A stretch of 64,000 bases of DNA from NCBI GenBank assembly GCA_937921685.1, contig CAKZUF010000002.1:19236-83235 (forward strand). Reading direction: 5' to 3'. Positions within the stretch are counted from its first letter, which is position 1, and each line of letters begins with the position of its first letter. Source of the stretch: an uncultured archaeon. Its GTDB lineage: Archaea > Thermoproteota > Nitrososphaeria_A > Caldarchaeales > Calditenuaceae. Both the position numbers and the translations under genes were made by a program. This document shows, piece after piece, positions 47,903 through 55,511 of the stretch. Under the pieces are notes generated by a model that did no database searches, was not told the DNA's origin, and was given only the letters and a program-made list of their open reading frames with translations.

Positions 47903-48910
47903 GTGGGCTCGGCTATGAGTGTGCGGAGAAGAAGGTTAATTGCCCGGGTGGGGTCTAAGATAGCAAGTACAAGGGCGGACAGACTCCTATTCCCCCTCCT
48001 CACAGCCGCCTCGCTGGCATCGATCCTCCTAGCCTATTTCTACAGGCAGATTGAGGCAGCCCTGAAGCCCACACAACCTGCCGCACAGGAGCAGCCAGCA
48101 GCAGACATAATAGCCCGTAGGGTCAGCAAGGCGCCGGTATCTGATCCGGAATCACCTGTTTGGAAGGATACTCCAGCATACTCGGTGAGCCTCTATGACC
48201 AGAGCATTGTCAGACCCTTAAAGACAGCGCGTCCAAATCAACCGATAACGGTAAAAGCAGTGTATGACGATGAGTGGATCGTATTTAGACTCTCCTTCCG
48301 CTCTGAGAAACCATCCAAACGATCCGTTAAAGTAGCGGAATTTCGGGACGCTTGTGCAGTACTCCTCGCAAGACACCCCGCAGCCCCAGAAGCTCGGTTC
48401 ATGGGAACGGCGGATAATCCTGCGACCATTCTACATTGGAAAGCAGATTGGCAACTCGATGTTGAGGAAGGCTTCCAGGACCTCGAGAACGCATTTCCAA
48501 ATGTGACCGCAGACTATTATCCGCCTCTAAAGGGTGTTGTAGTGGATGGAAAGCCCCCCAAGACAGTCGACGTCGCAAACAAAGCTGTCATGTACTTCCC
48601 CGCGTTAAACGCCGGCAACCCACTCTCCGAGCCTATAAAGAAGACGCCGGTGGAGAAACTAATCGGTAGGGGTCCGGGAACATTGGCTACGCTCCCCGCA
48701 CAGGACGCATCAGGATGGGGGCTTTGGCGTGATGGTAGCTGGCACGTAGTTTTGGCAAAGAGGCTGAAGGCTACGGACAGCGCTCAAGGCGAGATTGATG
48801 TGGAGCCTGGCAAATTGTATGCCTGCGCCTTTAGCGTGTGGTTTGGCAGCGAGGGTGATCGCGGATCCAGGAAAAACCCCAGCATGCTGCTGACACTCCT
48901 CCTCCAGTAG
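47903..48910 (+). CDS. Membrane-anchored gamma subunit, EB_dh (ethylbenzene dehydrogenase gamma / heme-b)-like
   Basis: Position after the beta subunit and an N-terminal signal-anchor helix. The extracytoplasmic domain resembles the heme-b gamma subunits of type II enzymes (VSLYDQ.., KADWQLD). Assigned by context plus weak similarity. Confidence 0.6.
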   Translation: MGSAMSVRRRRLIARVGSKIASTRADRLLFPLLTAASLASILLAYFYRQIEAALKPTQPAAQEQPAADIIARRVSKAPVSDPESPVWKDTPAYSVSLYDQSIVRPLKTARPNQPITVKAVYDDEWIVFRLSFRSEKPSKRSVKVAEFRDACAVLLARHPAAPEARFMGTADNPATILHWKADWQLDVEEGFQDLENAFPNVTADYYPPLKGVVVDGKPPKTVDVANKAVMYFPALNAGNPLSEPIKKTPVEKLIGRGPGTLATLPAQDASGWGLWRDGSWHVVLAKRLKATDSAQGEIDVEPGKLYACAFSVWFGSEGDRGSRKNPSMLLTLLLQ

Positions 48911-48918
48911 GTGGTTGT

Positions 48919-49563
48919 ATGGAGGGAGACCGTTCCTACGAAGATAGGCTCCTGACATACGCAATTTTTTACAATCTACTCGCTAAAAGCTTCGTCCCAG
49001 ATAAGGACAAGATGATAAAATATCTGAGAAGCCTAGCCGAGACATCCCAATACCTACAACAGGAAGAGTTGAAGCAGATTATCCTGGAAACGCTTCGCCT
49101 CGTAGAGATAGACCCTGACCCGACATCAGAGTACTTCAGATTGTTTGAGCTGGGAGTGTCCCCACCATACGAGACCGTATACACATCCTCCTCGAGGGGG
49201 ACTGTAACATCCGAGAAGGCTGACGTGGCAGGTTTCTACAAAGCCTTCGGTGTAAAGAGTTTGGGAGAATATCCCGACCACATAGCGGCGGAGCTGGAGT
49301 TCCTATCACTCCTATTGTTAAAGGAGGCCTACGCGATGAGAAATCGAGACGAGGAAAACGCTAAGATATGCCGCGAAGCGAGAGTTGAGTTTTATAGACA
49401 ACACATAGCCAGATGGGCACACCTCTTCAATCAATCAATCGAGAAAAACGCCAAAAAACCCACGTACATCTACTTGTCTCGACTCCTCGTTAAAGCTCTT
49501 GAGCTAATAGAGCCAGACAGCAAAGAGAGTGGGCTCAGTAAGAACAACGCCCCCGAGAAATGA
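48919..49563 (+). CDS. TorD/NarJ-family assembly chaperone (delta subunit)
   Basis: FYNLLAKSF, PPYETVY and PDHIAAELEFLSLL are typical TorD/NarJ/DmsD motifs. Confidence 0.7.
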   Translation: MEGDRSYEDRLLTYAIFYNLLAKSFVPDKDKMIKYLRSLAETSQYLQQEELKQIILETLRLVEIDPDPTSEYFRLFELGVSPPYETVYTSSSRGTVTSEKADVAGFYKAFGVKSLGEYPDHIAAELEFLSLLLLKEAYAMRNRDEENAKICREARVEFYRQHIARWAHLFNQSIEKNAKKPTYIYLSRLLVKALELIEPDSKESGLSKNNAPEK

Positions 49564-49644
49564 AGCCCAAGAGAAACGGAGGGGGTGAAAACTGTTTCTA
49601 TCTAGCGTAAAGTTTATTAATTCATGAAACTTCAATAACTGGTA

Positions 49645-49698
49645 ATGCCGGAGAAGCTTTACACTACTGGCGGAGTTGCTAGGATGTTTGGAGTATGA
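49645..49698 (+). pseudogene. tnpA: 17-codon relic of an IS607-type serine-recombinase tnpA (MerR-like HTH N-terminus)
   Basis: MPEKLYTTGGVARMFGV* resembles the KLYsIGEvAkLLGV start of IS607 TnpA. Its TGA overlaps the tnpB ATG (gtATGAtg). Confidence 0.45.
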
Positions 49699-50864
49699 TG
49701 GAGGCTGTTAGACTCACCGCAAGCTTTAAGCTTAAAGGTTTAATACCGAGCTCTCTATTTCTAACCTACAAACTGATCCTGCAAGAGCTTTTAGATTATG
49801 CTCACGCTAAAGAGATAACGAGCTTCAACCGTCTAAAGTCTGATAAGTATCGCGATTTAAGAGCTAGGTACCCCAACCTACCATCCCACTATATTTACAC
49901 CGCTTGTCAGATGGCGTGTGCAGTCTACAGAAGCTTCAGAAAGCTCAGGAGGAGGAAGGAGGCGGGGGTCGACAAGCCAATCTTTAAAAAGGATGTGATA
50001 ATGCTCGATGATCATGTATTCAGCATAGATCTCGAGACGTGGGAGGCTTCAATAGCCACAGAAAACGGGAGGATAAAGTTCAAACTATTACATGGAACAT
50101 ACCATGAGAAATTCAGGGAGATGAGGATTGGGCAGGCGTGGTTGATCAAGAAGAACAACGAATATTACTTGAACGCAGTATTCAGAAGGGATGTTGAGCC
50201 GAGGGCTTTCAACGGCAAAACCTTAGCCGTAGACGTAAACGAAAATAACGTGGCTTTCGGCACCGAGGAGGAAATAGTTGTGCGAAAGACGGGGGAGAGG
50301 GCGATAAGGGTAGCTTACTTCCTGAAACGCAGAAAGCTTCAATCCAAACCTAGGCTCAACGAGAAACCAATAATGGCGAAATACAGGGGAAGGGAGGAGA
50401 GGAGGATCAGCACCATATACCACAGGCTGGCAAACGAGGTCGTCAAAATGGCTGAAAAGCGGGGATGTTCAGCAATAATCTTAGAGAACCTGAAGAACAT
50501 CAGAAAGAGGAGTGAGAGACCCCGTGAGCTCAACGGAAGGATGAACAGATGGGGCTTCAGAAAGCTTCAGACAACGATCGAGTATAAGGCTAAGCTAGCG
50601 GGCTTAAACGTAATATACGTTAAGGCTGAGGGCACATCAAGCCTATGCCCAAGATGCAGGGTTAGGCTAAGCCCAAGCGGGTATAGGCTTATGAAGTGCC
50701 CAAAATGTGGATTGGATGAAGATAGAGACGTGATAGCTGTGAGAAACCTCCTACAGATGCATGTGCCCTCTTCAACCGTTCAGGGCGAAGGCCCTCCCAT
50801 GAAAAAAGAGGAGGGAAGGCCTAGCGTGACGGAAGTGACGCTAGGCCAGAACGGCTCTGCATAA
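49695..50864 (+). CDS. tnpB: TnpB/OrfB RNA-guided endonuclease-type transposon protein
   Basis: RuvC-I AVDVNENNVAFG, RuvC-II AIILENLKNI, zinc finger CPRCRVRLS...CPKCG, then RuvC-III DEDRDVIAVRNL. All catalytic positions appear intact. Confidence 0.85.
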   Translation: MMEAVRLTASFKLKGLIPSSLFLTYKLILQELLDYAHAKEITSFNRLKSDKYRDLRARYPNLPSHYIYTACQMACAVYRSFRKLRRRKEAGVDKPIFKKDVIMLDDHVFSIDLETWEASIATENGRIKFKLLHGTYHEKFREMRIGQAWLIKKNNEYYLNAVFRRDVEPRAFNGKTLAVDVNENNVAFGTEEEIVVRKTGERAIRVAYFLKRRKLQSKPRLNEKPIMAKYRGREERRISTIYHRLANEVVKMAEKRGCSAIILENLKNIRKRSERPRELNGRMNRWGFRKLQTTIEYKAKLAGLNVIYVKAEGTSSLCPRCRVRLSPSGYRLMKCPKCGLDEDRDVIAVRNLLQMHVPSSTVQGEGPPMKKEEGRPSVTEVTLGQNGSA

Positions 50865-50869
50865 AGGGT

Positions 50870-51289
50870 TTGTTTCCAAGTCTGCCTAGCCGCGGGACAT
50901 ACGTTCTAGTCATTGTGCTAAGGAGGCCTATTCGGGTCTGCGTTGGGGCGTTAGGGAGGCTTTTCTTCAAGAATGGTGTTTACGTATACGTCGGCTCCGC
51001 TAAGAGAGGGCTAAAGCCGAGGATCAGACGTCACCTCTCAAAGAGGAAGAAGCTCCGCTGGCATATTGATTGGATCACGTCCCGCCGCTTCTTTGAGGTT
51101 CGCGAGGTATGGATTACTGGGGCTGTCGGCGTCGAATGTGACCTGGCTGCGGAGCTCTCTAAGCAGGCTGATGGGGTCGTGCCACGCTTTGGGTCTTCCG
51201 ACTGCGGGTGTAGGTCTCATCTCCTCTACTTCTGTAGTGGTGGGACGGTCGACTTATTTCACGGGCTTGGGCTACTCCGTGTCATTTGA
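50870..51289 (+). CDS. GIY-YIG superfamily nuclease, DUF123 (Uri-like) family
   Basis: GTYVLVIVL...VGALGRLFFKNGVYVYVGSAKRGLKPRIRRHL...WHIDW matches the DUF123 pattern. TTG start 5 nt after the tnpB stop. Confidence 0.75.
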   Translation: MFPSLPSRGTYVLVIVLRRPIRVCVGALGRLFFKNGVYVYVGSAKRGLKPRIRRHLSKRKKLRWHIDWITSRRFFEVREVWITGAVGVECDLAAELSKQADGVVPRFGSSDCGCRSHLLYFCSGGTVDLFHGLGLLRVI

Positions 51290-51495
51290 CCAATAGGCAC
51301 GCGCCCTGAGACATTCTCTCAGAATGATGCGTAGCATCCATTCAAGGTCTCTATGGGATGACGCTGAATAGTTTATTCTGGGTAGGAATGTTGCATGAGC
51401 CTCGGAGTAGTGGCAGGGGTGATTGGGAAAGTTGCGAATTAGCTGTTGGTGGGAATATATAAAATGTGGGAATCAGACATTTGGTGGGACGATTC

Positions 51496-51741
51496 ATGAC
51501 AATAGTGAAGGTAGATGGAAAGGGCAGGATCGTCATTCCGAAGAGTGTTAGGGAAAAGTCTGGATTGAGGGAGGGATGCTATGCTAGGATAAAGGCGGAC
51601 GATAGGGGCATCATTATAGAGCCCCTCAAACCCATAGCAGACAGTTACTTTGGGGCCTTCAAGATAGCTAGGTGGCCGGAAGACCTCGACGAATTCGTAG
51701 CCGAGGTTATGAGGAGATGGTGGGCCCAGAAGTCTACGTAG
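51496..51741 (+). CDS. vapB: AbrB/SpoVT-type antitoxin VapB
   Basis: MTIVKVDGKGRIVIPKSVREKSGL swapped-hairpin motif. I prefer the ATG at 51496 over the track start at 51466. Confidence 0.75.
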   Translation: MTIVKVDGKGRIVIPKSVREKSGLREGCYARIKADDRGIIIEPLKPIADSYFGAFKIARWPEDLDEFVAEVMRRWWAQKST

Positions 51742-52141
51742 ACACGAACATTTTCATCTACTGGCTCGGCAACCACCAACCTATGGCAGAACATCCTACG
51801 AATGGGTAAAGAAGATTGAGAAGGCGTCGCGGATAAAATATATGACATCTGCCTTGACGCTCTACCAAGCCGTTGTGATAATAGCTGGTTTAGCGGGTAA
51901 AAACCTAAAGGATCTTGAATTGGTCAAGGGGGTATTAGACTCTATAGAAAGCTTACAGGGCTTGAGAATAATCCCCCTGACATTAGAAGACTTAACACAG
52001 GCAGCCAGCCTTATGATGGAATACAGCCTCGGCTACGAAGACGCGCTACACCTAGCCACAGCGCTAAGAAATAACGCAAAAGAAATAGTATCTAATGACA
52101 GGGACTTCGACAAAACACCACTGAAAAGAAAATTCAGCTAA
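51717..52141 (+). pseudogene. vapC: PIN-domain toxin VapC interrupted by a -1 frameshift
   Basis: Frame 0 gives MVGPEVYVDTNIFIYWLGNH.., stopping at 51807. The rest (PTYGRTSYEWVKKIE...TSALTLYQ...EDALHLATA...SNDRDFD) continues in the -1 frame. The switch falls within aaccaccaacc at ~51771-51781. Confidence 0.7.
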
Positions 52142-52310
52142 ACATCCTACCCTTCTCTAGCTCTCGTATGTTGGAGGCTTTATCCCCCCATCCTCCTCTG
52201 GGTAGCCAGCAAAGTTCCCATACGCCTATAGGGGAGCCTCGCTCCCATGAACCTTAGAAGCCGCGTGTTCCTGTCTAGGGCTTTGTGGGTCGGAGTATTT
52301 AGTGGAGAGC

Positions 52311-52320
52311 TTTAAATTAA
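52311..52320 (+). promoter_or_regulatory. Candidate TATA box for rps4
   Basis: TTTAAATTAA is centred ~28 nt upstream of the ATG at 52343. Confidence 0.4.
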
Positions 52321-52342
52321 CGGATGGTGTGGGGATTGGAGG

Positions 52343-52825
52343 ATGGGAGACCCTAGACGGCCGAGGAAGAAGTATGAGACGCCTAGGAATCCCTGGCGGG
52401 AGGATAGGCTGCGTGAGGAGCTTGTGCTTGTCGGTGAGTATGGGCTGAGGAATAAGAGGGAGCTCTGGAGGGCGGCCTCTATACTGAGGAAGTATAGGAA
52501 TATCGCCAGATCCCTCTTCGTCTTGACCGGCGAGGAGAGGAGGGTGAAGGAGAAGGCGCTTATCGATAAGCTGTATTCGATGGGGCTTGTCCCCAAGGAT
52601 GCTGATGCCAACTATGTCCTCCAGTTATCGGTTAAGGACGTCCTCGAGAGGAGGCTCCAGACGATTGTGTACCGACTGGGTCTAGCTAAGACGCCTTTCC
52701 ACGCGAGACAGCTTATCGTCCACGGCAGGGTGGCTGTTGGTGATAGGGTAGTATCCTCCCCCAGCTACTTGGTTATGAGGGGGGAGGAGGATAGGATTAG
52801 GCTGCTGGTCCCGGCAGAGGCGTAG
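52343..52825 (+). CDS. rps4: Ribosomal protein S4 (uS4)
   Basis: MGDPRRPRKKYETPRNPW...YGLRNKRELW...S4-domain RRLQTIVYRLGLAKT. Confidence 0.9.
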   Translation: MGDPRRPRKKYETPRNPWREDRLREELVLVGEYGLRNKRELWRAASILRKYRNIARSLFVLTGEERRVKEKALIDKLYSMGLVPKDADANYVLQLSVKDVLERRLQTIVYRLGLAKTPFHARQLIVHGRVAVGDRVVSSPSYLVMRGEEDRIRLLVPAEA

Positions 52826-52827
52826 GC

Positions 52828-53250
52828 CTAGACGCGCCGACCCCTTCTCCCACCCTTCCGCCTCACGCTGTCGTGTGGCAGAGGTGTGACGTCCTCTATC
52901 CTTCCAATCATTACACCGGACCTCGCTATAGCCCGGATTGCGGCCTGTGTCCCGGGGCCAGGGGTCTTAGATTTCACTCCTCCCGGTGCTCTAACCCTTA
53001 TGTGGACTGCGTTTATGCCTCTCTGCTTGACCGCCTCCATAACATAGTTTGCCGCCCTTGTAGCTGCGTATGGAGAGGACTCGAGACGCCCCGATTCCAC
53101 AAACATCCCGCCAGAGGCTATGGCTATTGTCTCCGCGCCCGTTATGTCCGTGGCATGAACGATTATGTTGTTGTAGGATGAGTAGATGTGTATTATTCCC
53201 CAGACCTCCCGCCTCACTTCGCTTCCCTGCCCCTCTTGATTATCTGACAT
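52828..53250 (-). CDS. rps11: Ribosomal protein S11 (uS11)
   Basis: [21 protein letters not shown]...HIRVRAPGG...[10 protein letters not shown]. Confidence 0.9.
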   Translation of the reverse strand: MSDNQEGQGSEVRREVWGIIHIYSSYNNIIVHATDITGAETIAIASGGMFVESGRLESSPYAATRAANYVMEAVKQRGINAVHIRVRAPGGVKSKTPGPGTQAAIRAIARSGVMIGRIEDVTPLPHDSVRRKGGRRGRRV

Positions 53251-53302
53251 TCTGGTTGGACAATATTAGGGCTTCAGTATTTTAGTTTTGACCAGCACCA
53301 GG

Positions 53303-54166
53303 CTAGGTCCTGCCCATGTACTCACGTAGTTTCTGCAGACTGATCCGCGCCGCCTCAAGCCCGTCTTGGGGAAAGACTAAGGAGCTGGGAGATTTCATGA
53401 ACTCCGGGGGAGTCTCTATGTTGATAAACCCGTCGTACCCGACCGATTTGAGGGACTTGACGAAGCCACACCAGTCAACCGACCCATGACCTATTAGCCG
53501 GAAACCTCCGGGTCCGCGGCTATTCATGTCGTAATCCTTAGCATGAACCATTACGATCCTATCCCCCAGAACCTCGAGCCAATGCTCAAATGGGGCAAGC
53601 TCTAACACGTTTCCGACATCGAAGTAGAGGCCTACAGCATCAGACCCCACGTCTTGGATGAAGCGTCTATATATGGTGGGGTCGTATAGGAAGCGGTTCC
53701 AGACATTCTCGAGACCTATCTTCACGCCGTAGTCTTCGGCCCAGCGCGACGCCCTGACGGTCGAGGAGAGGGCGTAGTTGTAGGTTTCTCTATATCCTAT
53801 TCCAGGCTTGGCCACTGCGGGAACCACTAAGAGAGTTTCAGATTCCAGGTCTGCCGCCAGCTCTATCCCTTTTTTTAGAAGCTCGAGAGCGATGTTTCTC
53901 TCCCTCTCGTCGTGGGATGCTAGGCTGTATCTCCAGAAGACCGCGGTTGCTATGCTTGGGATCGAGATGTTATAGCTCGAGGCCATCTCTAGCAGGTGTC
54001 TTCTATCCTTTTTCGATATCTTATCTGGCGCATAGTTTGAGTCGTCGTAGACCAGCTCCACCCCATCGTAGCCCAGAGTGGATGCCGACTCTATGACTCC
54101 CTCGAAGCCTCTGGGTAGGTTGAGTCTCCACCCACCGATAGTCCAAGCGTTGAGGCCGATCCTCAC
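53303..54166 (-). CDS. Sugar phosphate isomerase/epimerase (xylose-isomerase-like TIM barrel)
   Basis: AP-endonuclease-2/TIM pattern: GYDGVEL, LENV, HAKD, INIE. Confidence 0.65.
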   Translation of the reverse strand: MRIGLNAWTIGGWRLNLPRGFEGVIESASTLGYDGVELVYDDSNYAPDKISKKDRRHLLEMASSYNISIPSIATAVFWRYSLASHDERERNIALELLKKGIELAADLESETLLVVPAVAKPGIGYRETYNYALSSTVRASRWAEDYGVKIGLENVWNRFLYDPTIYRRFIQDVGSDAVGLYFDVGNVLELAPFEHWLEVLGDRIVMVHAKDYDMNSRGPGGFRLIGHGSVDWCGFVKSLKSVGYDGFINIETPPEFMKSPSSLVFPQDGLEAARISLQKLREYMGRT

Positions 54167-54196
54167 AGGGCTGAGAAGGCCTTAGGCGATATTAAT

Positions 54197-54856
54197 TCAT
54201 TCATATGGTGTAGGGTCTTCTATGCCCAGCTCTCTGAAAACATTTCGTCTGGATTGACAGCCTTCGCAGTGGCCGCAGTGGATGGTCCCAGGTCCCCAGC
54301 AGCTCCATGTATCCTCCAATGGAACCCCTAAGTCGACTGCCAGTCGAGCCACCTCCAGCTTAGAATAGGGCAATAGTGGGGCTTCGAGGGTTAATCTGTA
54401 TTTAGGCAGGCTCTCCCTCAAGAGTCTATTGAATCGCTCTATGAAGCTGGTGCCCACATCGGGGAACCGGCCGACATCTTCTCCATTATGTCCCACGACT
54501 ATTTTATTCGCACTGATTGAAAAGGCGACGTGAGCTGCACAAGAGTAGAAGACGAGGTTTCTGACCGGAATGAAGACTGGCGGGAAACCCATATCCCTGT
54601 AGCCCATAGCTGCTTCGCTGGGCTGGTCCTCAAGGTCTTTGAGGAATGATAGGCTTATCTTGAGGTGGGAGGATACACCAGCCCTAGCGGCAAGTCTCGC
54701 CGCACACTCGTCCTCACCTCTACTGCGCCTGTGGTAGTCTATTGTCAGGGTGTAGACTCCGCTAGCAGGTATCCCGCGCCTAACCAGCCAGAGGGCTACA
54801 GCCGAGTCAATGCCGCCAGACAGCAAGACTAGTACTCTCTCAGACATCCCTCTCAC
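54197..54856 (-). CDS. queC: 7-cyano-7-deazaguanine synthase QueC
   Basis: PP-loop VLLSGGIDSAV and C-terminal zinc motif CW...CGHCEGCQSR. Confidence 0.85.
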   Translation of the reverse strand: MRGMSERVLVLLSGGIDSAVALWLVRRGIPASGVYTLTIDYHRRSRGEDECAARLAARAGVSSHLKISLSFLKDLEDQPSEAAMGYRDMGFPPVFIPVRNLVFYSCAAHVAFSISANKIVVGHNGEDVGRFPDVGTSFIERFNRLLRESLPKYRLTLEAPLLPYSKLEVARLAVDLGVPLEDTWSCWGPGTIHCGHCEGCQSRRNVFRELGIEDPTPYE

Positions 54857-55433
54857 GATACACTATACTCTCAGCAAATTTTCCAATACCCTCTGAGACC
54901 GTTACCTTCACGTATCGCACGTTCTCCGGCATACGCTTGAAGATCGACTCGGCGATATATACAGCTAGATTCTCAATAGTTGACTCAAAAGGCATTATGA
55001 ATACTTGTGAAAGCGGCGCGGATACTCTGTACCCTCCGCCCCTTCCCGCGAACACTATCGTCACGGAGCTGTCGCTTCTCGACTCGACGTATTTCTCACA
55101 GACAAGTATCCTGTGGTCGAGCTCTGATACTACTTCTCGGACGACCTTTTTAAGTATCCCGAAGTCAACTACTAGACCCGGTCCCGCCTTCTCGCCCGAC
55201 ACCTCCACTTCTAGGCTTGCCGTGTGTCCGTGGATTGTTGAACATTTCTCGATGTCTGGTAGGAAGTGGGCGTAATCGAAATAGAGGGAGGGATCGCTTA
55301 TTCTTATCTTAATAGGCGATGGACGCGATACCGCTACAGGCATACTGCTGAGACCTACAGCGTCTTCAGGGGGCTTAGAATACCCTTCAAAATCGTGTCG
55401 GAGCCTGGTCTGATGGGTGTGTTTTTCGTCCAT
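54840..55433 (-). CDS. queD: 6-carboxytetrahydropterin synthase QueD / PTPS family
   Basis: CSTIHGHTASLEVEV (Cys + HxH zinc site). The real start may be the internal Met (MPVAVSR..). Confidence 0.7.
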   Translation of the reverse strand: MDEKHTHQTRLRHDFEGYSKPPEDAVGLSSMPVAVSRPSPIKIRISDPSLYFDYAHFLPDIEKCSTIHGHTASLEVEVSGEKAGPGLVVDFGILKKVVREVVSELDHRILVCEKYVESRSDSSVTIVFAGRGGGYRVSAPLSQVFIMPFESTIENLAVYIAESIFKRMPENVRYVKVTVSEGIGKFAESIVYRERDV

Positions 55434-55511
55434 GAGACCACCTTAAGCGTCTCTCCCCAACTTACTATAATATTTATCATTTAGCCCTAGTTTTGAGCTA
55501 AGGGCTTTTAG

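Larger units (their letters stand above)
49645..50864 (+). mobile_element. Degenerate IS607/IS200-605-family element (tnpA relic + tnpB); true ends not determined
   Basis: tnpA relic immediately followed by an intact tnpB. No terminal repeats could be defined by eye. Confidence 0.5.

Noticed and set aside
51323-51367. C/D-box-like sRNA (AATGATGC ... GGATGAC-G-CTGA) in the spacer before vapB
   Set aside because: Box C is imperfect. The C'-like element abuts box D with no room for a 12-nt guide, and there is no D' box. The architecture does not fit.
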